Positions 1-9,176 of a DNA stretch of 64,000 nt are shown here, piece by piece. Origin of the DNA: a virus. Location of the stretch: the IMG/VR virus record IMGVR_UViG_3300034524_000090, positions 55,805-119,804 of that record. One strand, written 5' to 3'. Made by a program: the position numbers and the translations under genes. The notes under the pieces are model-generated. The model was not told the DNA's origin. It worked only from the letters and a program-made list of their open reading frames with translations, and did not search any database. Within the stretch, counting starts at the first letter, position 1. Each line of letters starts with the position of its first letter.

Positions 1-1
1 A

Positions 2-637
2 AAAGTTCCTGCTACTAATGAGGTTATGGATCGGGAGGCTGTAAAATATAAAATCGGAAATTATGCCCAGATATGTGCTTCTAATGATAAAGAACGCAAT
101 GAAAATACAATAAAATTAATTAAACAAGGTATTTATGCTAATGGTGCTGTTGTTGTTGCTGTTGTAGTTGCCGAGAATTTTAACAACTATGACAAAAACT
201 ATATTATACCTTTACCTGAAGGTTATTTATTGGGTTTACATGCGGTTGGCCTTGTAGGATGGGATGATAAAAAACAGGCGTTTAGACTGCGTAATAGTTG
301 GGGTAAATGGGGAGATAAAGGTTATGCTTGGTTACCTTATGACTTTGTTACTAAGGGTATGGATATTGACGGATATGGTCATATAATGTGGTATCTTCTA
401 GAAGCTTGGACAGCATTAGATGAAATTGTTATCGATGATGCCAAAGAAATTAAACTTATTCCATATAATACTCGTGCCGTAGTTGATGGAGTTGAATATT
501 ATGTTGATCAACCACCTATTATTGATCCTACTACGAATAGAACACTTGTACCGATACGGTTTGTCAGTAACCATATGGGCCGTATTGTAAGCTGGAATGA
601 AGCTACTAACGAGATTATAATTAAAAAACTTAATTAA
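2..637 (+). CDS. Papain-like (C1) cysteine peptidase with C-terminal copper-amine-oxidase-like stalk domain; 5'-truncated by window edge
   Basis: Catalytic His/Asn motifs GLHAVGLVGWDD and FRLRNSWG..WGDKGYAWLPY; C-terminal PPIID..RTLVPIRFVS; frame open from window start. Confidence 0.8.
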   Translation, partial: KVPATNEVMDREAVKYKIGNYAQICASNDKERNENTIKLIKQGIYANGAVVVAVVVAENFNNYDKNYIIPLPEGYLLGLHAVGLVGWDDKKQAFRLRNSWGKWGDKGYAWLPYDFVTKGMDIDGYGHIMWYLLEAWTALDEIVIDDAKEIKLIPYNTRAVVDGVEYYVDQPPIIDPTTNRTLVPIRFVSNHMGRIVSWNEATNEIIIKKLN

Positions 638-661
638 GATTAAGTTATAGGTATTACTGGT

Positions 662-690
662 GGCGGGTAGGTAATACCTACCCGCCTTTT
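662..690 (+). terminator. Intrinsic terminator
   Basis: GGCGGGTAGGT-aat-ACCTACCCGCC 11-bp stem followed by TTTT. Confidence 0.8.
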
Positions 691-711
691 AAATATAAAG
701 GAGGAGGCTTT

Positions 712-3700
712 ATGGATTCTAACGTCTTAGATCTGCTACAAAGGCGTTATTTTCTAAAAGATGAAAATGGTAATCTTATAGAAAATTCTTGGGAAGAACT
801 TTGCGCTAGAGTTGCCGAAAATATTGCCAGCGCAGAGACTTCTCTTGAAAATAAAGAGCGATATAAAGATTTGTTTTATAAGGCGTTAGTTAATATGGAT
901 ATGCTAGCTTCCAGTCCAGTATTGTTTAATGCCAATACTCCACTACAGCAATTAAGTAGTTGTTTTGTGGGCGAACAACCAATTTTAACTTCTGAAGGGT
1001 TTAAGCTAATTAAAGATATTAAGGTTGGAGATTTAGTTGTTACCCATCAAGGCAGATTACGTTCAGTTTTAAAGACTTCTAAGCGTTATACCGAAGAGAC
1101 ATTATATACAATTTCGGTTGATAAAATGTATAAAGATACTTTAAAGGTTACTGGTGATCATCCTATATTAGGGATAAAAAGAAAAGATCTTATATGTAAG
1201 CGTGCCCGTAATTTAATCTGCACAGGTAAATTAAATAAACGTTGTTTATCTCAACCTAAACAATATAAACATGATTGTGAAAGACTAGGTGAGCAATTAT
1301 TACCATATTGGATTAAAGCGGAAGATTTAGAAGTAGGCGATTATGTTGTTGTTGGTACTATAAAGGAAACCAAAGATATTGATTATATTCGGATTAGTGA
1401 TTTTATACCTTGTGATGTGTATATTAAAGATGGAGACTTTATTAAAGTTGCAGGACGGCCAAATTATGGTAAAGAAATTCCAGATAAAATACAGATTGAT
1501 GAAGATTTTATGTATATTGTTGGCTTATATCTTGGCGATGGTAGTGTAGTTCATAAAGATTATAATGTATCAAGTTGTGTAGGCTTTAGTATTAATTCTA
1601 ATAGGAATGATGTAGTTGATAAAATATGTGATTGTATGTATAGGGTATTTAATCTTAAACCCAATATTCATAATTATCCTGAACAGAATACTATCCAGGT
1701 CAGGTATCATTCCTTAATACTTGGATTATTTTTTGAACAATTATTGGGTTCTTTTTGTGATAAAAAAAGAATTCCTGATTGGATTTTATATTTACCCGAA
1801 TCTAAACTAAAAAGTTTATTGGAAGGAATTATGGATAGCGATGGTTATCATTATAAAAATGATGTTTATATTGTCATGTGTAATCGTGACATTATAGAAA
1901 AGTTGTGGCTTATTTTGTTGCGTTTAGGGATATTGGCTAATATAAAAGAATTACCTATTCCTAAAGGTGGCAACAAGACTCCTTACTTGCTTAATTATAA
2001 AGTAAGTCATAATTCTCAACATATTAAACTTGATGATTATGTACTTTTTAGGGTTAATGATATATCTACAGATATTATATCTGACTATGTTTATAACCTT
2101 GAAGTAGAAGAAGATAACACATATGTTGCCAATGGGATTGTTGTGCATAATTGTTTTATTATAGATATAGATGACAATATGGAAAGTATAGCAGAGGCAT
2201 GGAAAGAAGCGAGTCTAATCTTTAAATCGGGCGGGGGTGTAGGTTTTAACATTAGTTCTTTAAGGCCCAAAGGGGCTTTGGTTAAATCTTCTAATGGCGA
2301 AGCATCAGGCCCTATATCGTTTATGAAGGTATTTAATACTATCGTTGAACAAGTTAAACAGGGTGGTCGTCGAAAAGGTGCAATTAAAGTTGATCTTAAT
2401 GTTGAACATCCTGATATAATTGATTTTATCCATTGTAAAGATAATACTTCTGAACTTAATAATATGAATATATCGGTTTCCATTTCTGATGCTTTTATGG
2501 AAGCTGTTAAAAATAACAAAGATTGGCCTTTAGTGTTTAATAATAAAGTATATAAAGTAGTAAAGGCCCGTGATCTTTGGGATGAAATTATTAAGTCGGC
2601 CTGGGCTACTGGCGAACCTGGATTATCTTTTAGGGATACAATGGATAGGGCTAATCCTAATCCACATTTGGGGCATGTGTGGGCCACAAATCCCTGCAGT
2701 GAGTTTGTTAATATCCCTTATTCAAGTTGTCTAACTGGAGATACTAAAGTATTAACATTAGAAGGTGTTCGAGAAATAAAAGATTTAGTAGGTACAAGTG
2801 GTTTTATTTTAAGTGAAAATAATAAGTTTAATAAGTATCAAAATGTAGTATTTAAAGGCGTAAGGCCAGTTTATGAAATTATATTAGAAGGCAATTTAAA
2901 AATACAGGCAACAAAAGATCATAAATTCTTTACTAATAATGGATGGAAGCCTTTAGAGGAAATTAAAAAGGGAATTAAAATTAAAACTAGATCGGGTTAT
3001 CCGTTAGTTAGTATAGAAGATTATGATGAAGAATATGAGATGTATGGATGGATGCATGGTGACGGGTGGTTTACAGAAAATAGTGTTGGCATTTCTTTTA
3101 ATGGTAAAGATGGAGATTTTGATGTAAAAGAACGGTTGTTGCCGATATTTCGTTCTGTTTTTGAAGCTAATAATATAAAACCATTAAAAGATGATTTATG
3201 TTCTTTTCAACTTCAGATAACCAATAAAAAGGCAATAAAAAAGTGTGAAGAATTGGGATTTGTTAAAGGTCATGCTGATAGTAAAAGGTTGCCAATTAGT
3301 TTTTATACTTGGAATATTAAACAACAAATATCGTTTATAAGAGGTTTGTTTACGGCTGATGGGTATATTGGCAAGGGGAAAAATAGGGGTATTATTTTAT
3401 GTTCTACTAGTCTTGTTTTACTTGAAGAAGTTCAAAAGTTTTTAGCATCTATTGGTATTCAAAGTAGAATTACTACGGCCTCATTTAAAACTTGTAAGAG
3501 GAAAGATCAGCATAAATTGATAATTAATAAAGAATCATCTTATATATTTTATAATGTTATTGGATTTTCTGGTACAGCAAAAAGAAATAAATTTAGTAAT
3601 GAAGTTGTCTCGAAAATATATAAAGACAAAGACTTTTTAGAGGTTATCGATATTAGATATGTTGGCAATAAAAGTGTTTTTGATATTATAGAAGTTGAAC

Positions 3701-5112
3701 AAACTAATAGTTTTTATGCCAATGGTTTATTAGTTCATAACTGTAACTTAGCCTCAATTAATCTTGAAAATATGGTTGAAAATGGTGAACTTAATTGGGA
3801 AAAGGTTGAATATTATACAAGACTAACGGTACGCTTTTTGGATGATATGATTGATGTTAATAAATTACCATTGAAAAAGATTGAAGAAGTTACTAAACTT
3901 ATTCGGCCTATAGGTTTGGGTACTATGGGCTATGCCAATATGTTATATAAGTTAGGCATCCCTTATGGCTCCCAAGAAGCTGAAAATCTAACAAAATTAC
4001 TCTATGAATTTATCTATGAGACAGCTCTAGATGAATCTCAAAAGTTGGCTGAAGAAAGAGGTGTTTATCCTGGTTGGAAAGGCTCAGTATGGGAACAAAA
4101 AGGCATTAAAGTACGTAATGCTAATTTAATGTCGATAGCTCCTAATGGCTCTATTAGTTTTATTGCCCAAACTACAGGTGGTATTGAGCCTGAATTTGCT
4201 TTAGTTTATCAACGAACTACTAACGAAGGGGTTAAATATTTTGTTTGTAATAAGGTCTTTAAGAAGGTATTACAGGAAAATGGTTTGTATTCTGAAGAAC
4301 TTTTAAAAGAAATTTTTGAAGCAGGAGGATCAATACAGGAACTAGATTTGCCTCAACAATTAAAAGATATTTTTGTTGTAGCTCATGATCTTGATCCTTA
4401 TAAACATCTAAAGACATTGGCTGTAGTACAGAGATATGTCGATATGGCTTGTTCGAAAACTATAAATCTACCCTCCTCTGCTACACCTGACGTGGTAGGA
4501 GCTATTTATATGAAAGCCTGGGAATTGGGCATTAAAGGGGTTACTGTATATAGAGATGGTTGTAGACCCAATCAGGTTTTAGCTACTGGTGCAACTACTA
4601 AGGTTGAACAAGAAAAAGGTCAGGATAATAATAGTCGTGGTTACATTATTCCTGCTAAACAAAAAGCCAAAGGAATTAGAACTAAACTTTCTACAGGTTG
4701 CGGTTCTTTGTGGCTTTCTGCTTTTGCTGATGAAGATGGTAATATAATTGAAGTGTTTACAGATATTGGCCGTGGTAATTGTATTAGTAACACACAGGCA
4801 CTTTCCAGAATGATTAGTCTTGCTTTGAGAGGAGGGATTAAATTAGAAGATATTATTGAGCAGTTACAAAGCGCTTGCACCTGTCCAAGTTATGCTGTTG
4901 CCAAAGCTACAGGTAAAGGAGTTTCTCCTGGCAAGTCTTGTCCTTCTGCTATTGCTGTTGCTTTAAAAGAATTACAAAAAGAATTTAAGCCCAATATTGA
5001 AAAAGAAACTAAAGTTGTTGTTAAAACTTTATGTCCTCAATGTGGTAATGAATTAGTGTCACAGAGCGGATGTTGGCAATGTAATAACTGTGGTTATAGT
5101 AAATGTGGTTAA
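712..5112 (+). CDS. nrdJ: Class II (adenosylcobalamin-dependent) ribonucleotide reductase precursor with two inteins; ~731 aa after splicing
   Basis: SPVLFNA..QLSSC, GGGVG, QGGRRKGA, TNPCSE (thiyl Cys), CNLASINL, IAPNGSIS, KGVTVYRDG, C-terminal SCP domain and CPQC..CNNC Zn ribbon; no NrdB in window. Confidence 0.9.
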   Translation: MDSNVLDLLQRRYFLKDENGNLIENSWEELCARVAENIASAETSLENKERYKDLFYKALVNMDMLASSPVLFNANTPLQQLSSCFVGEQPILTSEGFKLIKDIKVGDLVVTHQGRLRSVLKTSKRYTEETLYTISVDKMYKDTLKVTGDHPILGIKRKDLICKRARNLICTGKLNKRCLSQPKQYKHDCERLGEQLLPYWIKAEDLEVGDYVVVGTIKETKDIDYIRISDFIPCDVYIKDGDFIKVAGRPNYGKEIPDKIQIDEDFMYIVGLYLGDGSVVHKDYNVSSCVGFSINSNRNDVVDKICDCMYRVFNLKPNIHNYPEQNTIQVRYHSLILGLFFEQLLGSFCDKKRIPDWILYLPESKLKSLLEGIMDSDGYHYKNDVYIVMCNRDIIEKLWLILLRLGILANIKELPIPKGGNKTPYLLNYKVSHNSQHIKLDDYVLFRVNDISTDIISDYVYNLEVEEDNTYVANGIVVHNCFIIDIDDNMESIAEAWKEASLIFKSGGGVGFNISSLRPKGALVKSSNGEASGPISFMKVFNTIVEQVKQGGRRKGAIKVDLNVEHPDIIDFIHCKDNTSELNNMNISVSISDAFMEAVKNNKDWPLVFNNKVYKVVKARDLWDEIIKSAWATGEPGLSFRDTMDRANPNPHLGHVWATNPCSEFVNIPYSSCLTGDTKVLTLEGVREIKDLVGTSGFILSENNKFNKYQNVVFKGVRPVYEIILEGNLKIQATKDHKFFTNNGWKPLEEIKKGIKIKTRSGYPLVSIEDYDEEYEMYGWMHGDGWFTENSVGISFNGKDGDFDVKERLLPIFRSVFEANNIKPLKDDLCSFQLQITNKKAIKKCEELGFVKGHADSKRLPISFYTWNIKQQISFIRGLFTADGYIGKGKNRGIILCSTSLVLLEEVQKFLASIGIQSRITTASFKTCKRKDQHKLIINKESSYIFYNVIGFSGTAKRNKFSNEVVSKIYKDKDFLEVIDIRYVGNKSVFDIIEVEQTNSFYANGLLVHNCNLASINLENMVENGELNWEKVEYYTRLTVRFLDDMIDVNKLPLKKIEEVTKLIRPIGLGTMGYANMLYKLGIPYGSQEAENLTKLLYEFIYETALDESQKLAEERGVYPGWKGSVWEQKGIKVRNANLMSIAPNGSISFIAQTTGGIEPEFALVYQRTTNEGVKYFVCNKVFKKVLQENGLYSEELLKEIFEAGGSIQELDLPQQLKDIFVVAHDLDPYKHLKTLAVVQRYVDMACSKTINLPSSATPDVVGAIYMKAWELGIKGVTVYRDGCRPNQVLATGATTKVEQEKGQDNNSRGYIIPAKQKAKGIRTKLSTGCGSLWLSAFADEDGNIIEVFTDIGRGNCISNTQALSRMISLALRGGIKLEDIIEQLQSACTCPSYAVAKATGKGVSPGKSCPSAIAVALKELQKEFKPNIEKETKVVVKTLCPQCGNELVSQSGCWQCNNCGYSKCG
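961..2151 (+). mobile_element. Intein 1 in NrdJ (397 aa) with LAGLIDADG homing endonuclease
   Basis: Starts CFVGEQ after QQLSS, block B VTGDHP, LAGLIDADG motifs VGLYLGDGS and LEGIMDSDG, ends YVANGIVVHN followed by Cys. Confidence 0.92.
2728..3741 (+). mobile_element. Intein 2 in NrdJ (338 aa) with LAGLIDADG homing endonuclease
   Basis: Starts CLTGDT after IPYSS, ATKDHKF, YGWMHGDGW and IRGLFTADG, ends FYANGLLVHN followed by CNLASINL. Confidence 0.92.
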
Positions 5113-5696
5113 TTAAAAGTTGGGAGGGATTAGGTTTGAGTATTTTTCAAGAAGGTAGATTAGGCATAGGCGTACAACCTTATCACATTAAATGGGCCAA
5201 GGTTAGACCTAATGCAATAATTCCTTCTAAGCGTCCTGGTGATGCTGGTTTTGATGTTTATGCTTGTATAGATGAGGATATTTGGATAGAGCCTGGGGAA
5301 ACAGTTCTTGTCTCTACAGGAATTGCTTATGAAATTACTCCAGGCTGGCATCTAATTGCTAAAGAAAGAGGAAGTACGGGCAAAATAGGGTTAAAGACTA
5401 GTGCGGGCGTAGTAGATGGGAGTTTTAGGGGAGAGATTTTTGCTTGCCTATATAATGCCAATGAAGAAAAGACTATTATACTAAGTGTTAATGAAGAACA
5501 GACTAAAGCTAAACTTCGTGCTGATGGTTTTACAGTTGATGATTATGATGAATTCTTTATTATCTATCCTATTACAAAAGCAATTCAACAATTAATTCCC
5601 GTATACAGTCCAGATGGCACATGGGAAGAAGTTGACTATGAAAATTTGTCAAAAACTGAACGCGGTGATGGAAAATTAGGTAGTACAGGCAAATAA
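5103..5696 (+). CDS. dut: Trimeric dUTPase (probable start TTG 5136)
   Basis: AGFDV, ERGSTG, GVVDGSFRGEI, IQQLI, RGDGKLGSTG motifs; GGGAGG upstream of TTG at 5136. Confidence 0.9.
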   Translation: MWLIKSWEGLGLSIFQEGRLGIGVQPYHIKWAKVRPNAIIPSKRPGDAGFDVYACIDEDIWIEPGETVLVSTGIAYEITPGWHLIAKERGSTGKIGLKTSAGVVDGSFRGEIFACLYNANEEKTIILSVNEEQTKAKLRADGFTVDDYDEFFIIYPITKAIQQLIPVYSPDGTWEEVDYENLSKTERGDGKLGSTGK

Positions 5697-5699
5697 ATC

Positions 5700-5728
5700 T
5701 TGACAAAATAATCTCTAAGTGCTACTAT
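5700..5728 (+). promoter_or_regulatory. sigmaA-type promoter
   Basis: TTGACA (5700-5705), 17-nt spacer, TGcTACTAT extended -10. Confidence 0.7.
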
Positions 5729-5734
5729 AATAGT

Positions 5735-5807
5735 AGCTAATTACCCTTGTCATTGTTGTATTCCTCCCTCGAGGCCCTGCTGTTCAGGGCAGGGCCTACT
5801 TTCTTTT
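5735..5807 (+). ncRNA. Candidate trans-acting antisense sRNA (anti-RBS)
   Basis: Lies between a sigmaA promoter and an intrinsic terminator; contains CCCTTGTCATTGTTGTATTCCTCCCT, matching 45758-45779 at 21/22 nt (antisense to a minus-strand RBS and ATG). Confidence 0.65.
5772..5807 (+). terminator. Intrinsic terminator closing the candidate sRNA
   Basis: AGGCCCTGC-N8-GCAGGGCCT followed by actttctttt. Confidence 0.75.
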
Positions 5808-5823
5808 AAAATAGGAGGTTAAA

Positions 5824-6624
5824 ATGCAGTTAAATACAGTTTATAATATGGATTGTAGGCAAGGATTTTGGGAATTAGAAAAAGAAAATTTAAAATTTGA
5901 TCTTATTCTGGCTGATCCGCCTTATTTTTTAGACCGCAGTAAGACTATTAAGTTTAAAAATCGTAAAGATATAAACTCTCCTATTGAGTGGGATACTTTT
6001 ACAAGTGAGGATGAATATTTAAAGTGGACTGCCGATTGGCTAAATGAAGCTATTAATCTTCTTTCTCCTACTGGTCAATTAATTTGTTACTGTCGTGCTG
6101 AGTATATAAGCGATATAATTTCAATGATAAAGCAAAAAATAAACCACAAATGTACTATGTACTATGTAAAAACTAATCCTCCCCCTTCGGTGCGTAAACG
6201 TAATTACGTGTCAACGGTGGAGACTCTTCTTTGGTTCGTTAAAAATTCAACAAAATATACGTTTAATTTTCAACGACAACAAGATATGCGTAATGCTTTT
6301 ATATTACCAATCCCAGGAGGCAAAGTAAGAAAGCAATATCCTCACCCTACCATGAAACCTTTACAACTTAGTGAGCATCTTATTAAAGTCCATACTAATG
6401 AAAATGATAATATTTTAATTCCGTTTGCTGGTGTTGGTACTGAATGTGTGGCCGCAAAAAGACTAAATAGGAATTTTGTAGGTTTTGAGATTGACCCTTA
6501 TTATTATGAATTATGCCTTAAACGGCTTGGTATTAATAATATTGGTATCAATAATAATACGATAGAAAGGGCTGATACCAATGAACGACAAAAAAATCCA
6601 ACTAGGGAGGCATCTGTTGGTTGA
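5824..6624 (+). CDS. Orphan beta-class N6-adenine/N4-cytosine DNA methyltransferase
   Basis: N-terminal ADPPY, HPTMKP, C-terminal PFAGVGT and GFEIDP. Confidence 0.88.
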   Translation: MQLNTVYNMDCRQGFWELEKENLKFDLILADPPYFLDRSKTIKFKNRKDINSPIEWDTFTSEDEYLKWTADWLNEAINLLSPTGQLICYCRAEYISDIISMIKQKINHKCTMYYVKTNPPPSVRKRNYVSTVETLLWFVKNSTKYTFNFQRQQDMRNAFILPIPGGKVRKQYPHPTMKPLQLSEHLIKVHTNENDNILIPFAGVGTECVAAKRLNRNFVGFEIDPYYYELCLKRLGINNIGINNNTIERADTNERQKNPTREASVG

Positions 6625-6952
6625 GGTAGTTTTAAAAGAAGAAAATGCTGATATTCTTGACAACATTAATCAAATTAAAAAGGAATTAATTGAAGCTGTA
6701 AGTTATACGGGCGCAACAATTAAAGATGTTAGTTTTGTAAGATTTGAGCCTCAAGGAGTTAGTGGCGTAATTGTGATTTCTGAATCTCATTTTTCTGTTC
6801 ATACTTGGCCTGAATACAATACAGCCGTATTTGACTTTTTTACCTGTGGTAATTGTAATCCTTGGAAAGCCATATCGTATTTAGTTGAATCATTGGAGGT
6901 GAAAGATTTGGTTGTCCATGAAGTGCCGAGGTATATGCCAATAGCTGTTTGA
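6581..6952 (+). CDS. speD: S-adenosylmethionine decarboxylase proenzyme (class 1B)
   Basis: LGRHLL, FEPQGVSGVIVISESHFSVHTWPE (E-S pyruvoyl cleavage), DFFTCG. Confidence 0.9.
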   Translation: MNDKKIQLGRHLLVEVVLKEENADILDNINQIKKELIEAVSYTGATIKDVSFVRFEPQGVSGVIVISESHFSVHTWPEYNTAVFDFFTCGNCNPWKAISYLVESLEVKDLVVHEVPRYMPIAV

Positions 6953-6986
6953 CTGAAACAAAGTAAGGAGAGGATGGGATGGGGGC

Positions 6987-8147
6987 ATGTATGTTCCTTT
7001 ACACGTCCATACCGAGTATTCGACATTAGACGGCATAGTTAAAGTACCAGATTATGTCAATAAAGTTAAAGAGTATGGATTGGAAGCTTGTGCTGTAACC
7101 GATCATGGTAATCTTGGTAGTGTTGTTAAATTTTATACTGAGTGCCGCAAAAATAATATTAAGCCTATTATTGGCTTAGAAGCTTATATTGTAGATGATG
7201 TCAATGTTAAAGAACGTGATATGGCTCATATTGTCCTTTTAGCTAAGGACAAAGAAGGTTATTTAAATCTATTAAAGCTTAATAACTTATCTTTTCAGTA
7301 TTTCTATTATAAACCACGCTTGGATTATAAGATTTTAAAAGAATACAGTAGTGGCCTTGTATGTATGTCAGCTTGTATGGCTGGACATATTCCTTCTGCC
7401 CTTCTACAAGGCGAGCATGATCGGGCCAGATATTATATTAACTTACTTTTGGAGATTTTTAAGGATGATTTTTACCTGGAAATCCAGGACAACAATCTAG
7501 AAGATCAGTTCCTTGTTAATTCTCTTTTAGCCTCTTTGGGCAAAGAAAAAGGTGTACCTTTAGTGGCTACCAGTGATATACATTATCTTAATCCTGAAGA
7601 ACAGGAAGCACATTTGGCGATTTTAGCCATACAGACGAAAAAAACCTTACAACAAATTCTTGATGGCAAAGATTTTTCAGGATTTGTTAATTCAGCCGAT
7701 TTCTGTTTAAAGCCTTATGAGGTATTTAAAAATAACCTACAACAGTATCCAGAGGCTATAGCTGCCACTACCGTTATAGCTGATAAATGTAATCTTACTA
7801 TAGATGAGTTAGAAAATCCTAAGCCACTTTTTCCTGTTATTCAGTTGCCCAATAATATCACACCTGAAGAATACTTAACTAGATTAGTTAAATCATCTTT
7901 ATTACAACTAGATTTGCCGATAGACGATTACCAGAAATATTTTGATCGACTTCAGTATGAGTTGGAGGTTATTAATAAGCAAGGATTTGCTCCTTATTTT
8001 TTGGTATTGAAGGATATAATTGATTTTTGTAGACGTGAAGGGATAAGGGTCGGACACGGCAGGGGTTCGGCCAGCGGTAGTTTAGTGAGTTATTTATTAG
8101 GGATTACAAGAGTAGATCCGATTAGGCACGGTCTGTTATTTGAGCGT
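6987..8147 (+). CDS. dnaE: DNA polymerase III alpha subunit, exon 1 (PHP domain and start of polymerase domain)
   Basis: LHVHTEYSTLDG, TDHGN, GRGSASGSLVSYLLGIT, DPIRHGLLFER; ends at CGT (8147) where the conserved FER|FLNP motif breaks. Confidence 0.9.
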
Positions 8148-9176
8148 AGTGTAGGTTGCGCTCGTTAAATCCCGTGAATTCGGTAAAAGCCCAAACCGTC
8201 AAGGTCGGTGGGTAATACCGAGCCAAGCCTGTCGAATGGTCGAACCAAGTAGACAGGAAGGTGTAGAGACTAGAGAGTGAGGATGACCTACCAATAAACT
8301 CTCCACGAGAGCGGGACATAAAAGCGTTGGTATTATTGGAGGGACAGTATTGCCCATAATTAAATGTCAGTATTGCGGAAGGGAAGTATATAAAGATCGA
8401 CAACAAAAATTTTGTTCAAAAGAGTGTGCTGTTAAATTTAAACGAGAAACTACTCAAGAGATTGATTTTTTAACTAGCCCTAAAGTAGATACGGAATTAA
8501 AATATTATCTTATAGGTTTAATTTGGGGAGATGGTTGTTTAGTACAACAAAAAAATAAATCGCCCCATATTGTATTGGCCTTAAAAGATAAAGAACTACT
8601 TGAACAGATACGTTTATTATTATGTCCTCATCGTAAATTATATATTAATAAAAAACGAAAACCCCATCATTCTAATTCATATGTACTTGTTATTAGAAAC
8701 TATTTTACGATAAAAGGCTTACAAGAATTGGGTCTAACACATCAAAAATCTAAAAATATTAGTTTTCCTAAAATAGAAGAACCTTTTATTATAGATTTTA
8801 TACGTGGATATTTTGATGCTAATGGGGCAATTTATTATGATGTTAGAGAAGAGGGTTATATATACAAATATGTCAAAATAACAACAGGAAGCAGAGATTT
8901 TGCTTTAGGGTTAAAAGAGGTTTTAAAAAAATTAGGTTTTAATCCTGTTTTTTTTAAAGATAAAAGACATATGGCATACTATATACAATTAAGCCGCAAA
9001 CAGGAAGTAGAGCAATTTGGCAATTTAATTTATTCTAATAAACAATGGTACTTAAAACGAAAATACCAACGCTTTTATGAAGATATAGTCCAAACTGGGC
9101 TGGAAATGACCAGCCGATGAAAATGAGGGAAACCTCCAGAGCGCAGGATAAAGAGCCTGCGGATAATAACAATTTG
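8148..9176 (+). mobile_element. Group I self-splicing intron in dnaE (1029 nt)
   Basis: Removal restores LLFER-FLNPDRVSMPDID in frame; 5' exon ends in U pairing in P1 (GAGCGU with GCGCUC); P7 elements AGAGACTA (~8265) and GAAGATATAGTCC (~9079); intron ends in G (9176). Confidence 0.9.
8350..9120 (+). CDS. Intron-encoded LAGLIDADG homing endonuclease with N-terminal Zn finger
   Basis: CQYC..FCSKEC, IGLIWGDG and IRGYFDANG motifs; GGAGG RBS before TTG. Confidence 0.85.
   Translation: MPIIKCQYCGREVYKDRQQKFCSKECAVKFKRETTQEIDFLTSPKVDTELKYYLIGLIWGDGCLVQQKNKSPHIVLALKDKELLEQIRLLLCPHRKLYINKKRKPHHSNSYVLVIRNYFTIKGLQELGLTHQKSKNISFPKIEEPFIIDFIRGYFDANGAIYYDVREEGYIYKYVKITTGSRDFALGLKEVLKKLGFNPVFFKDKRHMAYYIQLSRKQEVEQFGNLIYSNKQWYLKRKYQRFYEDIVQTGLEMTSR

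Noticed and set aside
2091-2687. 198-aa antisense ORF and the other short opposite-strand ORFs in the track
   Set aside because: Shadows of well-supported genes on the other strand, no RBS or motifs
5715-5753. 12-aa minus-strand ORF MTRVISYYYSST with strong RBS
   Set aside because: Mirror image of the anti-RBS sequence; the plus-strand promoter and terminator favour an sRNA, though not formally excluded
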